From contig NC_058373.1 of assembly GCF_018350175.1 (NCBI RefSeq), positions 108,936,001 to 109,000,000 of the forward strand: DNA of 64,000 nucleotides. Direction: 5' to 3'. Under the pieces are notes generated by a model, which saw only the letters and a program-made list of their open reading frames with translations, was not told the origin of the DNA and did not search any database. The DNA comes from Felis catus (taxonomy: Eukaryota). This document shows positions 50,050 to 62,519 of the stretch, one piece after another; within the stretch, counting starts at the first letter, position 1, and each line of letters starts with the position of its first letter. The position numbers were made by a program, and so were the translations under genes.

Positions 50050-51660
50050 TCCGATGGCCTGGTATTCCATGGTCAGAAGTTAAGTCTTTATTGAGACCCA
50101 GAAGCAAGCAGGAGCCAGAGGTCTATACAGTGTCCTTGTTTGCCACAGACTTCAGTACCATTGCATCAGCTGGGTCAAAAGGCCTTGGTGATACAGTAGC
50201 TTGCACTGCGTCCTGGTCCTGTTGGCAAACTTTGTTTTGCTCCAGGCCTTACCCAGCTGTCAGTTACTCAGCAAATGAGAGAAGGCAACATACTCACATT
50301 GGTATATACTGTTTTCAAAATTCAAAGAGATGATTCTGCCTCTTTCTTAATGGTATGAAACATCCCCTTCACTTTGGAAGGGATATCCCACCAAGCCCCA
50401 GACACCTGAATCCTTAGAAACTTTTCTAAAGAGACTCTTGAATTTTCATGGTGTTTATGTCCTTCATTCTAGCACAAATTTGTCTTATTTAGGCTTTTAT
50501 GATACTTGTCATGAACTGATCCTCAGATTTAGTTAATATAATGAATGATTTGGGGAGTGTCAGGCGCATTAAGATTCTCCACACTCTATTATGATTAAGG
50601 GGAGAAGGGTTACCATGGCCCTCTCCCTGCCAGGTGAAACAAACTGTTTCTGGTGGTCCTTGATGTTAACATGGAGAAAAAAAGCACTTAATTGATCAAT
50701 ATGCATATCAGCTGTCAAGGACTGTGTTAATCTGCTTCAATAAATATACACATCTGGAGCAGCAGCTGTAAAAGGCAATCACCTAATTGGATTTGTGATC
50801 CAACATAGTCATTCTCTATAATCCACTTGCCAAACAGGGCAGTTAAATGACGTTGTGATAGGAAGCATCATCCCTGCCACTCTGAAGTTTTTTGATGAGG
50901 GTACTAATTTCTGTAGTATTTCCATACAGAAAGTGTTGGCTCTGTTTACATGCTTATAGTAAGAGGAAGTTCCAGAAACAATGTGATGGTTTTGCATTGT
51001 TGAGTGTGTCCCAATTCTGTATTTAGGAACTGAAGAAGTAACCACAGGATGGTTAAATCCATTGGGCCCACTGTGAGAAAGACTCCAACCCCATTTAACA
51101 GCTGATCTCCATAAACTCTAAGACCCATTGAATTCATCTCGACACATATTTTCCAAATCTCTACTATTATAAATTAACATTTTTCTACTATTTAGTTCAA
51201 ACTCAGCTCTATCCCAGTTAGAGTTTTTAATTTTCCTTCTAGAGCTTTCTGTACTATGTCTCTAGTTATTTGTCTAGTTATGGATGATTAGGGGTAATGA
51301 AGTGAGTCTAGGGGAGAATGAGAATCTTCTTATAAGGCACCTGCTTCGAGCAACTTAATATCCTTAATAGGGACAGGAGAGTTTCTTCTACTGGCACAGG
51401 ATGCTCAGGAAATTGGGGGGAGGGGGGTGCGGTTCTCTGATTGTACCCAAGTGCACCATTCCAATTCAAAGGATCTCCCTTCATTCCAGTTAAGGCCCTA
51501 ACTTTCACATAAGAGACTTAGAAAGTGTATGAATGCTACTTATATTGTAATTTGCAAACTAGAAGCAAATTCTAAGTTTTTCAGAATTTCAGCTCTCAGT
51601 CCTGCCGATGGTGAAAGTTTTAAGCCTTGAGCTTGAGTTTTAATTTTAAGCCTTATTATT
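50050..51660 (-). mobile_element. ERVL-class internal remnant (gag-pro-pol, disrupted)
   Basis: Minus ORFs: KVRALTGMKGDPLNWNG (ERVL gag-like), YGDQLLNGV...LTVGP (protease region), AGMMLPITTSFNCPVW..VDYR (RT N-terminus), in the correct order. Confidence 0.8.
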
Positions 51661-51696
51661 TAAGCTCTCTGATACAATCAAAACTAACCAAATCAT

Positions 51697-51827
51697 CATC
51701 ATGACCAGAGCCGAGATCAACAGTTGGATACTTAACAGACTGAGCCACCCAGGTGCTCCTGAATAAATAAACATTTAAAAAATTAAATTAAAATAAATTA
51801 AAATAATAAATAAAATAAAATATTGTG
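51697..51827. mobile_element. Rearranged Can-SINE: inverted head (~51698-51760) joined to a sense A-rich tail
   Basis: atcatgaccagagccgagatcaacagttggatacttaacagactgagccacccaggtgctcc then gaataaataaacatttaaaaaa... Confidence 0.8.
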
Positions 51828-51935
51828 AAAATTAACCATGTCATGGGCTATCAGTATTTTATTTTCCACTGGTAATGAGTGGTGATTTTGTTCAAGTTCA
51901 TTCAAATTCTTATTTTTGATATTTTTTCCCCAGGA

Positions 51936-52166
51936 GGGGTGCCTGGGTGGCTCAGTCGGTTGGGCAACCAACTTCACTCAGGTCCTGATCTCACAGATCA
52001 TGAGTTCAAGCCCCGCATCGGGCTCTGTGCTGATAGCTCAGAGCCTGGAGCCTGCCTCAGATTCTGTGTCTCCCTCTCTCTCTCTGCCCCTCCCCCACTC
52101 ACATTCTATCTCTCTCCTTCGAGAGTAAATAAACATTAAAAAAAATTTTTTTTAATTAAAAAAAAA
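51936..52166 (+). mobile_element. Feline Can-SINE
   Basis: TSD tttttcccca(g/a)ga at 51923-51935 and 52167-52179. Confidence 0.95.
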
Positions 52167-52226
52167 TTTTTCCCCAAGAGCAAAATAACAGTATCTACTC
52201 AGGTAGCAAAAATATTTGTATTAGGT

Positions 52227-52439
52227 TTTTTTTTTTCAACGTTTATTTATTTTTGGGACAGAGAGAGACAGAGCATGAACGGGGGAGGGGCAGAGAGAGA
52301 GGGAGACACAGAATCGGAAACAGGCTCCAGGCTCCGAGCCATCAGCCCAGAGCCCGACGCGGGGCTCGAACTCACGGACCGCGAGATCGTGACCTGGCTG
52401 AAGTCGGACGCTTAACCGACTGCGCCACCCAGGCGCCCC
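52227..52439 (-). mobile_element. Very young feline Can-SINE (same subfamily as 7012-7233)
   Basis: CpG-rich and near-identical to 7012-7233; TSD t(g/a)tattaggt at 52217-52226 and 52440-52449. Confidence 0.97.
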
Positions 52440-52449
52440 TATATTAGGT

Positions 52450-52925
52450 ATTTAAAGCAGAGAGAATTGAATAGAGGGAAACTATTAAAATGTGTGAAAA
52501 GGACTGGAGGAGCAGAAGGAAGAAAAGATATCACCCTGAAATCAGTAAACTGCTGCCACTTCTGTAATGGAACCCATTTTCATGTGCTTCCTAGCATTTC
52601 TAAAGAGTGCTATTCCTGCCAGAGCTAGAATCCAGGGAGAACTGGCCTGCTGGAGTAAGTGCACAGCCTTCTGGTCTACACTATTCTTAAAGTCAACAGC
52701 TACTAGGGCAACTGCCAATGCTTTCAGAGGCAGAGTCAGAATTATTCTTTCTTTCTCACACTTTAAAATCTTCTATCAGTGACTCCTTTTTGGCAGAATT
52801 TAATAAGAATCCAGCTGCCAAAGAGTCAGAAAACATAGGTTGCAGAGACCCAGGGCCAGGAGTTTGAAGCAGAGGAGAGAAAAACAGGCATAAAACTGGT
52901 AGATAATAGATAAATAACCAAAGAT
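52450..52925 (-). mobile_element. Ancient LTR remnant (family uncertain)
   Basis: ctcctttttggcagaatttaataagaatccagctgccaaagagtcagaaaacataggttgcag resembles antisense old ERV LTRs. Confidence 0.45.
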
Positions 52926-52959
52926 AACTAGGTGGAAAGATAGATCCTGGGATGTTGGT

Positions 52960-53640
52960 GGCATTGAGGAGTTGCTTTAACAACTCTTAGCTATTCTGTT
53001 TCTTGAAAAATGAAATAAAATTCCGATTTGTTTAAACAACTATTTGTATTCTCTGCTGCATTCAGCTGATTACCAACCCTCCCTAACACAGAATTTGGTA
53101 GGAGGAAGTAGGATGCCATCACATGGAATTAACTTAGCAGGACCTTGTGATGGAGGACATAACTATTGTAGACTAAAAAACTGATGACCTTTGCTATGTG
53201 GTGGTAAAACATTTGGCCAATTTTTTGCCTGTTGTACCTTGAAACACAAGTCGCATTCCTATTAAGGCTGCAGTGTTAGGGGACATGGCAGGAATTCTAT
53301 ATTTTTTGATGTATGCTGATTATTTCTTGTCAGTTTCTGCAAGAATGCTTTGATAAAGACCTATGAACTCAAACTGGACCTCACTAGTCAGAAAGTTAAG
53401 CTGGAAAGACATATGGCACTGCTAAGAGAGATGTTTTCTGACCCTGCCCACAAGCTAGATTAAATGAGAGTGTTATAATTTGGAATGTAATAGATTTGAA
53501 AAAGTCAATTGTGGGGTTTGGTTTTGTTTTGTTTTGTTTTCTTGCAAACAGAAGAGTTCTAAACTATAGCAGCAAAGCTGCATGTGTAGTAATAGATGAG
53601 GTTTGATGCCCCAGGCCTTTCCCATGTACCTCCTTTAAAT
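52960..53640 (+). mobile_element. MLT1 LTR 3' end followed by MaLR internal sequence
   Basis: aataaaattcc...tttgtttaaac...cctaacaca then gaatttggta...gacctttgctatgtggtggtaaaacatttggc. Confidence 0.65.
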
Positions 53641-53649
53641 AAGTTAGAG

Positions 53650-53890
53650 GGCAGAGTTTTGACCAGGACCTGCATTAAAAAAATACATTTTATATTGCAA
53701 CCCAGCACACATATTCATGTACATAACTAAAACAAATGTTTAGTGAAACCATATATACACTTATTACCTGTGATGCTGTCTGGTATTTTGTATTCTAATC
53801 CATCCCATCCATTCTGTTTATTCTCAAAAATGCTGACCATAACCTTTTCAAATGCCTTCATAATCCAGTAATGAAACATTTTGCAAACTA
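53650..53890. mobile_element. MER113-like hAT remnant
   Basis: aaatacattttatattgcaacccag...cataactaaaacaaatgttt...aaaatgctgaccataacc. Confidence 0.5.
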
Positions 53891-54944
53891 ATGGTCTGTA
53901 TCTTCACAAATCCTATTACATTTTCATTCATGAACCCCATGTCTTCACTTTTCTCTTTGATTATGGCATGTATCTTTCTAACCACCTCCTGGCATCCCCT
54001 TCTATTAGTACTTCTTTCTTGTCATCAAAGTTGTCACAGGTGGTTAAATCCAACTCTTCACTTACTCCACACCCACACTTTAGTAGATGAATATGACAGG
54101 AGAAATCCCACAACCATGCCAAATGATCTATCAAGCCCAGAAACCTTCCTGCATTTCTCCATCAATCCACTCCACCACTCCCAATAGATGGTTTCATATT
54201 TTCTCCTCTTTCCTGACTTACAGCACCTTTGCTCCCTATTTCAAGCTCCGTTGGTATAAATTCCTTGTTATTTCACTGAGAAAATGAAAGCAACCAGAAG
54301 AGAATGTGAACATGCTTGCACTGCCAGACCTACCAACCCACCTGCATGCACCATGCCTTTCCTTCTTTTATAAGGCATAATGTCAACACCTCCATTCCAG
54401 CACTCAGCCTCATCTCCTCTTGCAGTTGTCACTTTTCACCTGCACCACCAATTTTTACCTCTCTGCTGAATCATTCCCAAAGTTATATAATGCTCTGTTA
54501 TCTGTCCCATCCTAATAGAAAATTGTCTTGACCCCACATTCTACCCCAGCTACTACACATTTCCCTGATTCCTATTACAGCAAAACTCTAGAGTTACTAT
54601 CTCAACTTCTTCCCCTCCCATTATTTTTTGAATCAACCACAAGAAGGCTTTCATCACCACCAGCACACCAAAAAGATGTTATATCAATTTCACTGTGGCT
54701 TCTTATGCCTCATTTTCTTCAGTCTATGAGCAACCATTCATATATATAATGACTGACTCAATATTTGGCCTCCAGAATACCATTTTCTTTACCTTTTCAT
54801 ATAATTTCCTGTTTTTTGTTATTCACCTTTCCTAATACTAACCATCTCCTAGACTTCTAAACATTTGTGTGACTTAGGTCTTGGTCTCACATATCTCTTC
54901 TGTGTAAGTATTTTAGATTGTTTCATTTAGTCCTGTGAATTTTA

Positions 54945-55175
54945 TTTTATTTTATTTTTAAGTGTATTTATTTATTTTGAGAGAGATAGAGACAGCATGA
55001 GAGACAGAGAGAGAGGGAGAGAGAGAGAGATCCAGGGAGAGAGAGAGATCCAGAGCAGATCCATGCTGCCAGAGCAGAGCCAGACATCGGGCTCAAACTC
55101 ACCAAACTGTGAGATCATGACCTGAGACTAAACCAAGATATAGATGCTCAACTGACTGAGCCACCCAGGGGCCCC
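54945..55175 (-). mobile_element. Can-SINE
   Basis: Degenerate TSD tcatttagtcctgtgaatttta (54923-54944) / tcatttagccccatggatttta (55177-55198). Confidence 0.93.
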
Positions 55176-55546
55176 ATCATTTAGCCCCATGGATTTTAAC
55201 AGTATCACCTTGATGATACTGAGTATGTATCTTGAGCACCAATTTCTATCCTAAACTTTAGTCTCAAATATATAAAACTGGCTGGTTGACATCTTCACTC
55301 CACTCTGCTCCTATTAAGACTCTCAAACTTGATATGCCTTCAACTGAACTCTTTATTCATCTCAAGCCCGCCTCTCCCCCAGAATTTCCAGTCTCAGAAA
55401 ATGGAAATCACTTTCTTCTAGTCATTCAGGCCCACATCCTTGACTTTACTCTACTATTGTCACATTGATTCACACTCTATATTGCACCTTTAAGCAAATC
55501 ACATGTGCTCTTCTTTCTAAATATTTTCAGAATCTTATCAGTTATT

Positions 55547-55753
55547 ATTTTTTTATTGTTCATTAATTTTTGAGAGAGAGACAGAGCATGAGTGAGGAAG
55601 GGGCAGAGAGAGACAGAGACCCAGAATCTGAAGCAAGCTCCAGCCTCTGAGCTGTCAGCACAGAGCCCAATGAGAGGCGTGAACCCATGAGCTGTGAGAT
55701 CGTGACCTGAGCCATAGTCAGACACTTAACCAACTGAGCCACCCAGATGCCCC
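55547..55753 (-). mobile_element. Can-SINE
   Basis: TSD atcagttatt at 55537-55546 and 55756-55765. Confidence 0.94.
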
Positions 55754-55964
55754 TAATCAGTTATTTTTAATTCTGCTGCTACCACCTGTTTCAAGACACC
55801 ATTTCTTGCCTGGACTACTAAAATACACACACACACACACATATATATATATATTTATATAATGTTTATATTAATACATACATATATAAACACATATGTG
55901 TGTGTATGTATGTGTATCCCTGTTTCCATGGCTTGTTTTCTTTATTCCTTTGTTGAAATTATTC

Positions 55965-56570
55965 GATACTGGTGAAAGAATAGACACACAAACCAATGGG
56001 ATAGCATACAGATTCAAGAAATGGACCCACACAAGTATGGCCAACTGATTTTCTATAAAGATGCTAAGGCAGGTCAATGGAAAAGAGAATCATTTCAACA
56101 AATGGTGCTGAAATAACTGGACATCCATAAACAGCAGTAATAAAACCAAACAAACTTCAAACAAACCTCCAACTGATAAAAATTAAAATGAATCACAGAT
56201 CCAAATGTAAATATAACTCTATAAAACCTTTAGAATAAAACTTTTATAACCTTGGATTAGGCAAATAGGTCTTGGACATGACAACAAAAGTATGATCCAT
56301 AAAAGGAAACAGTGATCTATTAGACTTTATCAAATTTCAAAATGTTGCTCTGTGGACACTGGAAGAGAATGAAAAAAAAAAGCTACCACAGAGAGAATGA
56401 CACTGGAAGAGAATGAAAAAATTAAGCTATCACAGAGAGAAAATACTTACAAATCACATATTTTGACAAAGGATTTGTATCTAGAATACATGAAGCACTC
56501 TCAAAGCTTAAGAATAAGGACAAAAAAAAAAAAGACACCCAACCTAATTTAAAAAAACAGGCAAATAGAG
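55965..56570 (+). mobile_element. Old L1M ORF2 fragment with a 44-bp tandem duplication (56355-56441)
   Basis: gacccacacaagtatggccaactgatttt...ttcaacaaatggtgctg...gacaaaggatttgtatctagaatacat. Confidence 0.85.
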
Positions 56571-57452
56571 ATGCCCTTTAATGGGCTTTCCCAAAAGCTT
56601 AACTCTAAATTTTTGACTTCGATCTCTTTGGCTCTAACTGGATATCATGTCCCCATAACTCTCCTTGGGGAGAGGGGAATATTTTACTTAATCATCTTAC
56701 CACCATGAAGCTGCATAGAACCAGTGTTTCTCTGCTGCATAAAACTAATGTTATGTTCATATATAATAGGAGTGCCATTGACCCTTTATATACATTTAAT
56801 TAGAAAAATTATGTTGGAACTGAAGAAGCTATTTTGCAAACTTGATACAAGAACATGTAGCAAACGTCACATGTTAAGTCATTGGATTGTGAGTCATAAA
56901 TAAGTTCATACACATGAAAGTTGCTAACCATGTAAGTGTTCAAGAATGTTAGTGGTATTATTACTGTTACTATGGCTATTTATTTTTGTATTCCCAGTTC
57001 CTAAAGAAATTCCTAAAATAAAGTTTAGTATTCAATTCTTGTTGAGTGTTTCAATGAATTTTTTTTTGTCGTGATTGTGACTTTACAGTTTACTAGACTG
57101 ATCTTTCTAGGAACTAGTCTTCTGGTTCTGATCTTGCAACCCGACTTGCTCAGATGGGCCCCTAACACATAAATAGGTGGTTCTATTGTATATCACTACC
57201 CTCACCACTCACCTTTACTGAAGGCTTTTTACATAGGCATTAAGCTGTTCTAGATTCAACTTATTTAGATTTGGATTTTAGTGGTTACCAAATTATATGT
57301 GTGTATAATTTATTTATTGTAAATCCTATCCATTAATTATTCAATGATTGTTTTAATTCTTGAGCACTTTCAAAATCCTGTTTTTAGTATATAGATAATA
57401 GTGACTATGTACACACAACTCCTATGATGCTTTTAATAATGAGTGAAGTATC

Positions 57453-57651
57453 GAGGAACCTGGGTGGATTAGTCAGCTGAGCGTCCCTCTTCGGCTCAGG
57501 TTATGATCTCACGGCTCATGAGTCCGAGCTGCACAGTGGGCTCACTGTTGTCAGCCTGTGAGTGCAGAGCCCACATTGGATCCTCTGTCCCCCTTTCTGC
57601 CCCTCTCATGCTTGCACTCTCCCAAAAGTAAATACAAGAAAAATTTATAAA
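57453..57651 (+). mobile_element. Can-SINE
   Basis: Perfect 18-bp TSD aataatgagtgaagtatc at 57435-57452 and 57652-57669. Confidence 0.95.
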
Positions 57652-58250
57652 AATAATGAGTGAAGTATCTCTACATTCTATATACTTGTTTTCAAAATAC
57701 TCTCTTGATAGTATGATTTTTTGAAAGGTAATTATTTTTCCATTTATTGCTTAAACATCAAATTGGTGATTTATCTTGAAGTTTTGAATGCTTTTTTCCC
57801 AAAAATATATGTCAGGCAACCTAAAACTAACAGCCATTTGTCCTCACAGAAATAATAAAAAAAATTTAGAACCCTTACTGTTTTACTTTTTGAAACACAT
57901 CATTCATCTTTGAGTTCCATAACTATATCATACATTGCCATTAGATTGCTAGAAAATTTCTGTGAAATACAAATGGTTCTCCTGGTTATTCTCCAACTCA
58001 TATAAATATTTTAAAGATTCTGATGAGTTGAGAAATCTTTGAATTTTAAAATTAACCTCATCTGTGACATCCTGGCCTCAACCTCACTGCTAACATACAT
58101 TGTTTGTAAAACATGCAACAAATGAATTTTACATATAGTTCTATCTCCATAGTGCTTGCCCTGGAATCCTTTTCTTACTCCATCAAAGAAAGTGCTCCAT
58201 AATGTTTACTTTTACACACTCCTCCATTCAAAAAAAATGTGTTTATTAGA

Positions 58251-58665
58251 TGTAGAAAACAGTAGTAGTGGTTGTCAGCATTCATTTCTTCTCTGTTTCT
58301 TGGGCACACAGGAAACTATACTTCTTACCATCTTGCAATTAGTGAAGCCATCAACTAATTCTGGCCAATGGATTGCAAATGGAAGTGACCAGAGTAATTT
58401 CCTGCCCAAGGCAGTAAAAAGTCCATGCATGAAGATCCAGCCCATTCTTTACCTGCAACAGTGACCTGGCAGCCTTGTCTTGTGATGGGGCATAAAAATG
58501 GAAGCACCTTGGATCTCTAGGCCATTGCTTAGGAGATAGCTCCCTGGGGAAAAGGCCAATAGAGCCATAAAAGACCTAGTGTGACCAAGACTGTTGATAT
58601 ATTAGGACATTGTAATTTTGAATTAATCTGTTACCAAATTATAGCACAACTTCTCCTCATAAGCA
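58251..58665 (+). mobile_element. MLT1 (I/J-type) MaLR LTR
   Basis: ttctggccaatggattgcaaatggaagtga...atggaagcaccttggatctct...ctgttaccaaattatagc. Confidence 0.7.
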
Positions 58666-59438
58666 CATTAAATAATCCATTTTATGGCAAGACTGTATAA
58701 TCTCCTGTACCTTTTTCCCGTCAGTAGTTCATGAGCATACATTTATTGTATAGTCATTAGTGAAAAAGAATCTTTAAAAAATGCCTTAAGCTGAGAGATG
58801 TTTAAAAAAATATTTTTACTTTTATCCAACGCTATAGCCATTCTCCCACACTGAATAATTTATTCAAATAATATCTCCTCCAAATCTATATCAGCAATGT
58901 ATCCCTCCATGAATCTTCCAATAGTACTTGATGACAGAGGCATGCATTTTGGTTTATCACTGTATTATCTTTCATGTCATTTCAGCCAACATTACTATGG
59001 CAACAAAACACACATTTTCCTTTTGAGATCTCTTTGGATGAGAAAACTTCAAAATAAAGTTCTGAATATTTATCAAATTTACTGAAAAATTTAAAGTCGT
59101 GGACTGAGAATCTCATGAACTTAAATGGTAATAAAGAAAAAGTTATAGAGGTGTGTTTTCACATTCTGGATGCTTGGCACTTATGTATTTTAAATTCTGG
59201 GTGTTTTCAGGCAAACCATGATGGTTTCATGTTAGCATCTCAAGATCCCATATATACTTCAGATGAGGTCATCCTTGATTCTTTTAGATAATTTCAAGAT
59301 GTTTTGTCTGAACTTTAATCTTCTTGGATTGTGATCATTTCAATCACAGAATGTGTGTGATAATGAATTTGTGTAGTTTGTGTTTCTTTAATTATTACTA
59401 ATATTTTCATATCATGGTTTCCTTGCAAGAATCATTTT

Positions 59439-59666
59439 ATTTTCTTTTTTTATTTCAATTTTAGTTAGTTAACATACAGTGCAATACTGGTTTCAAGAGT
59501 GGAATTCAGTGATTCATCACGTACATACAACACCGAGTGCTCATCAGAACAAATGCCCTCCTTTGTACTCATCACCTATCAAGCTCATCACCCACCCACC
59601 TCCCTCTGTCAACCCATAGTTTGTTTTCTGTCATTAAGAGTTTCTTGTAGTTTGTTTCCATTTCAT
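59439..59666 (-). mobile_element. Short carnivore L1 3' UTR
   Basis: gttagttaacatacagtgcaatactggtttcaagagtgg...; TSD aagaatc(a/g)tttt at 59427-59438 and 59667-59678. Confidence 0.92.
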
Positions 59667-59884
59667 AAGAATCGTTTTTAAAGCACTTGTGTTTTATGTG
59701 ATGTTTCATTAAGTTATAATTAGATAATATAACCCATAAATCTACATGACCAAGAACATGTAAGTTTAAATGCAAGCAATACACTGAAATTGAACAAATG
59801 AATAAAAGTGCCATAAAAGCCTTCTGTGTTGGTGGGACTCCCATACCTTCTGAGAGGTACCTCCATGGCAAAGAATGAAAGGTG

Positions 59885-60240
59885 ATTCAGCAGGCATTAT
59901 TACAACCTCCCTTTTCCCTCAACCCTTCAATTTCCTCTAATATAGGTAGGGGGAGCAAGATAAATCAATCCTAATATCCTTCTTTTTCTAGGGTGGCCAT
60001 GTGACACTGTTCTAACCAGTGAGATATATCCCAAGTGTCCCTGCATAAAGTATTCATTCTAAGGTAACGCCTTGCTGGAAGGACTTTCACTTTTGGTCTT
60101 TCCTTTTATTTCAGCTAGGAACACGAAAGCAATGCTTGAAGGAGCAGTAGCCATCTTGCCTGAGGCTGAGAGTCTTCAAGTACCAACTAGTAAGTGAGAA
60201 AATGTGGACCAAGGTCCAGAAATGTCTGATTCTCAAACCA
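59885..60240 (+). mobile_element. Degenerate MLT1-like LTR
   Basis: ggggtggccatgtgacactgttctaaccagtgagat...gaaggagcagtagccatcttg. Confidence 0.55.
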
Positions 60241-61777
60241 AAATGCTCCAACCCCTGTGGTATGCCACTCACCATAGCTGGGATGAAATGAAAGTCATGG
60301 GAGGGAGAGGATTTTAGATGAAAGGAAAAAAAACAAACCACATAGCAATGGAGAGTTAAAAATGGTAAACTAGGTAAGACAATAAGATTTCAGGAGAATA
60401 AGGAATCTCCACAGCACAGAGCAGAAAAAGGAACTGATGTCCCCAGGAAGTAGGGTGTTTTGATGCAGCATCTTTAATATTAGTTATGATCACACATAAA
60501 TCAACTTTGTAGAATTGATTCGAATTGTTGGTGAAGGTGTAATAAAAATGGAGATTGTTCAATGCTCTGTGTACTGCAGCATTTGTTGGAAGGCAGTGAG
60601 GTAGGTAAAGAAATGGATTGTTAACATATTTTGACATTTTGGCAAGATTCTTCTACTTGTCTGAAAAGTAAAATTTCAAATGTCCTAGCATTAGGTCCCT
60701 GGATAGGAGCCTGTTTTATACATTGGTTTTTTCTTGGATAAAGCTCGTTTTGTTTTCATTTTTTCCCATTTTGTGCCAAGAGTTTTTTCTTACCATAAAC
60801 AGGATTAGTAAACATTTAACACTATAGTACTACCCCTGAAAAATAATTAAACTATTGGGCCTCATTGCTAGAATTTACATTTTCAGAAGAGGCTTTTTTT
60901 CTATTGTACAAGTCTTGTACTTCAGAGATACTCATGGGAACAGACTTAGTGTTTTTGAAACTTAATTATACTGATTTGAATAGAACAGGGGTTCATAAAC
61001 AAAATTAGTGAGAAATAAAACTTGAAGGTCAGTTGGGACCAGCCTGTGGTCTAATTGGTCTAACTGAAGAGGTCCTAGAGTTGAAGAGGACCATGGAGTT
61101 CAGGGTGGGGATTTGGTGATGTCAGTCTCTGGAACAAAAATGGAAAGATTTGTAGCTTATTCAACAAATATTTGTTGAAAATATACAGCTGTATCAGACA
61201 TTTGCATTTTTTATATGAGGAATTAAGCTTAAGTGTCCCATACCTTACTGAGTGTGACTAAAATCTTGTTTTTAGTAAGTCTGCAACCAACTCCTAAAAA
61301 TCCCCCATACGTGAGCAGTGAAGAGCAGCAGAAACTGATGCTCTGTTCTCCCAAATCAAGTCCAAAATGAGGAGAAGTAGGGTGAGCAAGGGTCGCTGTG
61401 GAAAATTCCCTGTCATTAGTTTCATGAAACTGGATCTTGAGCACTGCTAATAGGAGCACCATTGCCGACCTGAATATCACAGCACACAGGTAGATTTTGA
61501 AAGGCATCCAAACTGAAAACCTCTTAGGAATTTGGAGCTGGGAATTAGCACTTGGTGTTATATGCTGACACGCACTCAGACCTGGTCCTCAGATGTGCTC
61601 CTCTGCTGCCTTTTCCATTTTGTCAAATCCCTGGAGTCTGTGCCAGATGTCAAAGAGGAAAACAGAGATGGAACAGGCATTTCTGTAATCCCATTACGAT
61701 AGTTTAAACCAGTGGATCTACTTGGAGTGCAAGCTCCAGAAAATTTAAAGAATTCTCATTTCCCTTTGCTCTATCTA

Positions 61778-61998
61778 GACGTTTCTCAACCTTGGCACTG
61801 TTAACATTTGGTAACAATTCTTTGTAGAGGGGACTGTGTGTGCACCGTAGGGTGTTTACTGGCATCCCTGGCCTCTACTCACTTGAAGCAAGTAGCACTC
61901 CCCAGTCCTGCCAATCAAAACTGTTCACCGATACTGCTAAATGTCCCCTAGAGATAAAATTGCCCTCCCTTCACGTCTTCCCAGTTGAGAACCATCGT
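61778..61998 (+). mobile_element. MER20-like hAT MITE
   Basis: tttctcaaccttggcactgttaacatttgg...ggcatccctggcctctac...aaatgtcccct...ccagttgagaacca. Confidence 0.85.
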
Positions 61999-62519
61999 TC
62001 TATTCAGAGATTCAACCTATGCTGAAATATTCCAAATGACTCAGGGGTTGGTCCACAATATCACATAGAACACAGGAGTCATGTAGAACAAGGGCTCAGA
62101 AAAAGCCATTCTGTTTGACAGTTGGGGGATGAAGAGGCATAATTCTGGCAGAGAGAGAGGAATGTAGACTACAGGCCTTGAGAGAGAGAGAGAGAGACAT
62201 GATTTTTTTAAAGTAGAAATTGCTTTTCTGCAAGTTGGCATGAAGGGAGACATGCAGGCTGATATTTGGCAGGGTTTAGTTGCCTTACTGTAAGGTGTAG
62301 TGAACAAATAGATGTGTGTATGTTTGTTTAACTGAGGTCTTTTTCCCCCTTCAAGATAGAGACAGCTGAGCAGGCTTGGAGTTAGAAAAGAGTTAATAGA
62401 AAGCAAACTGAAGGCAGATAGAAAAAAGGAGACAGAAGGTGGAAGCAGAAACACAGGGAGATAGAAGGTGTCCTGGGAGGAGAATAATGACGATGAAGAC
62501 AGAATAACACAGCTGGGAG

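Larger units (their letters stand above)
53930..55820 (+). mobile_element. Long L2 fragment interrupted by two SINEs
   Basis: tttcactgagaaaatgaaagcaaccagaagaga, ttacagcaaaactc, ggcctccagaataccat, ctcaaacttgatatgcc, tcttgcctggactact. Confidence 0.75.

Noticed and set aside
62041..62454. Longest ORF in the track (137 aa)
   Set aside because: Low-complexity Leu/Ser-rich translation crossing a (GA)n tract; no recognisable domain
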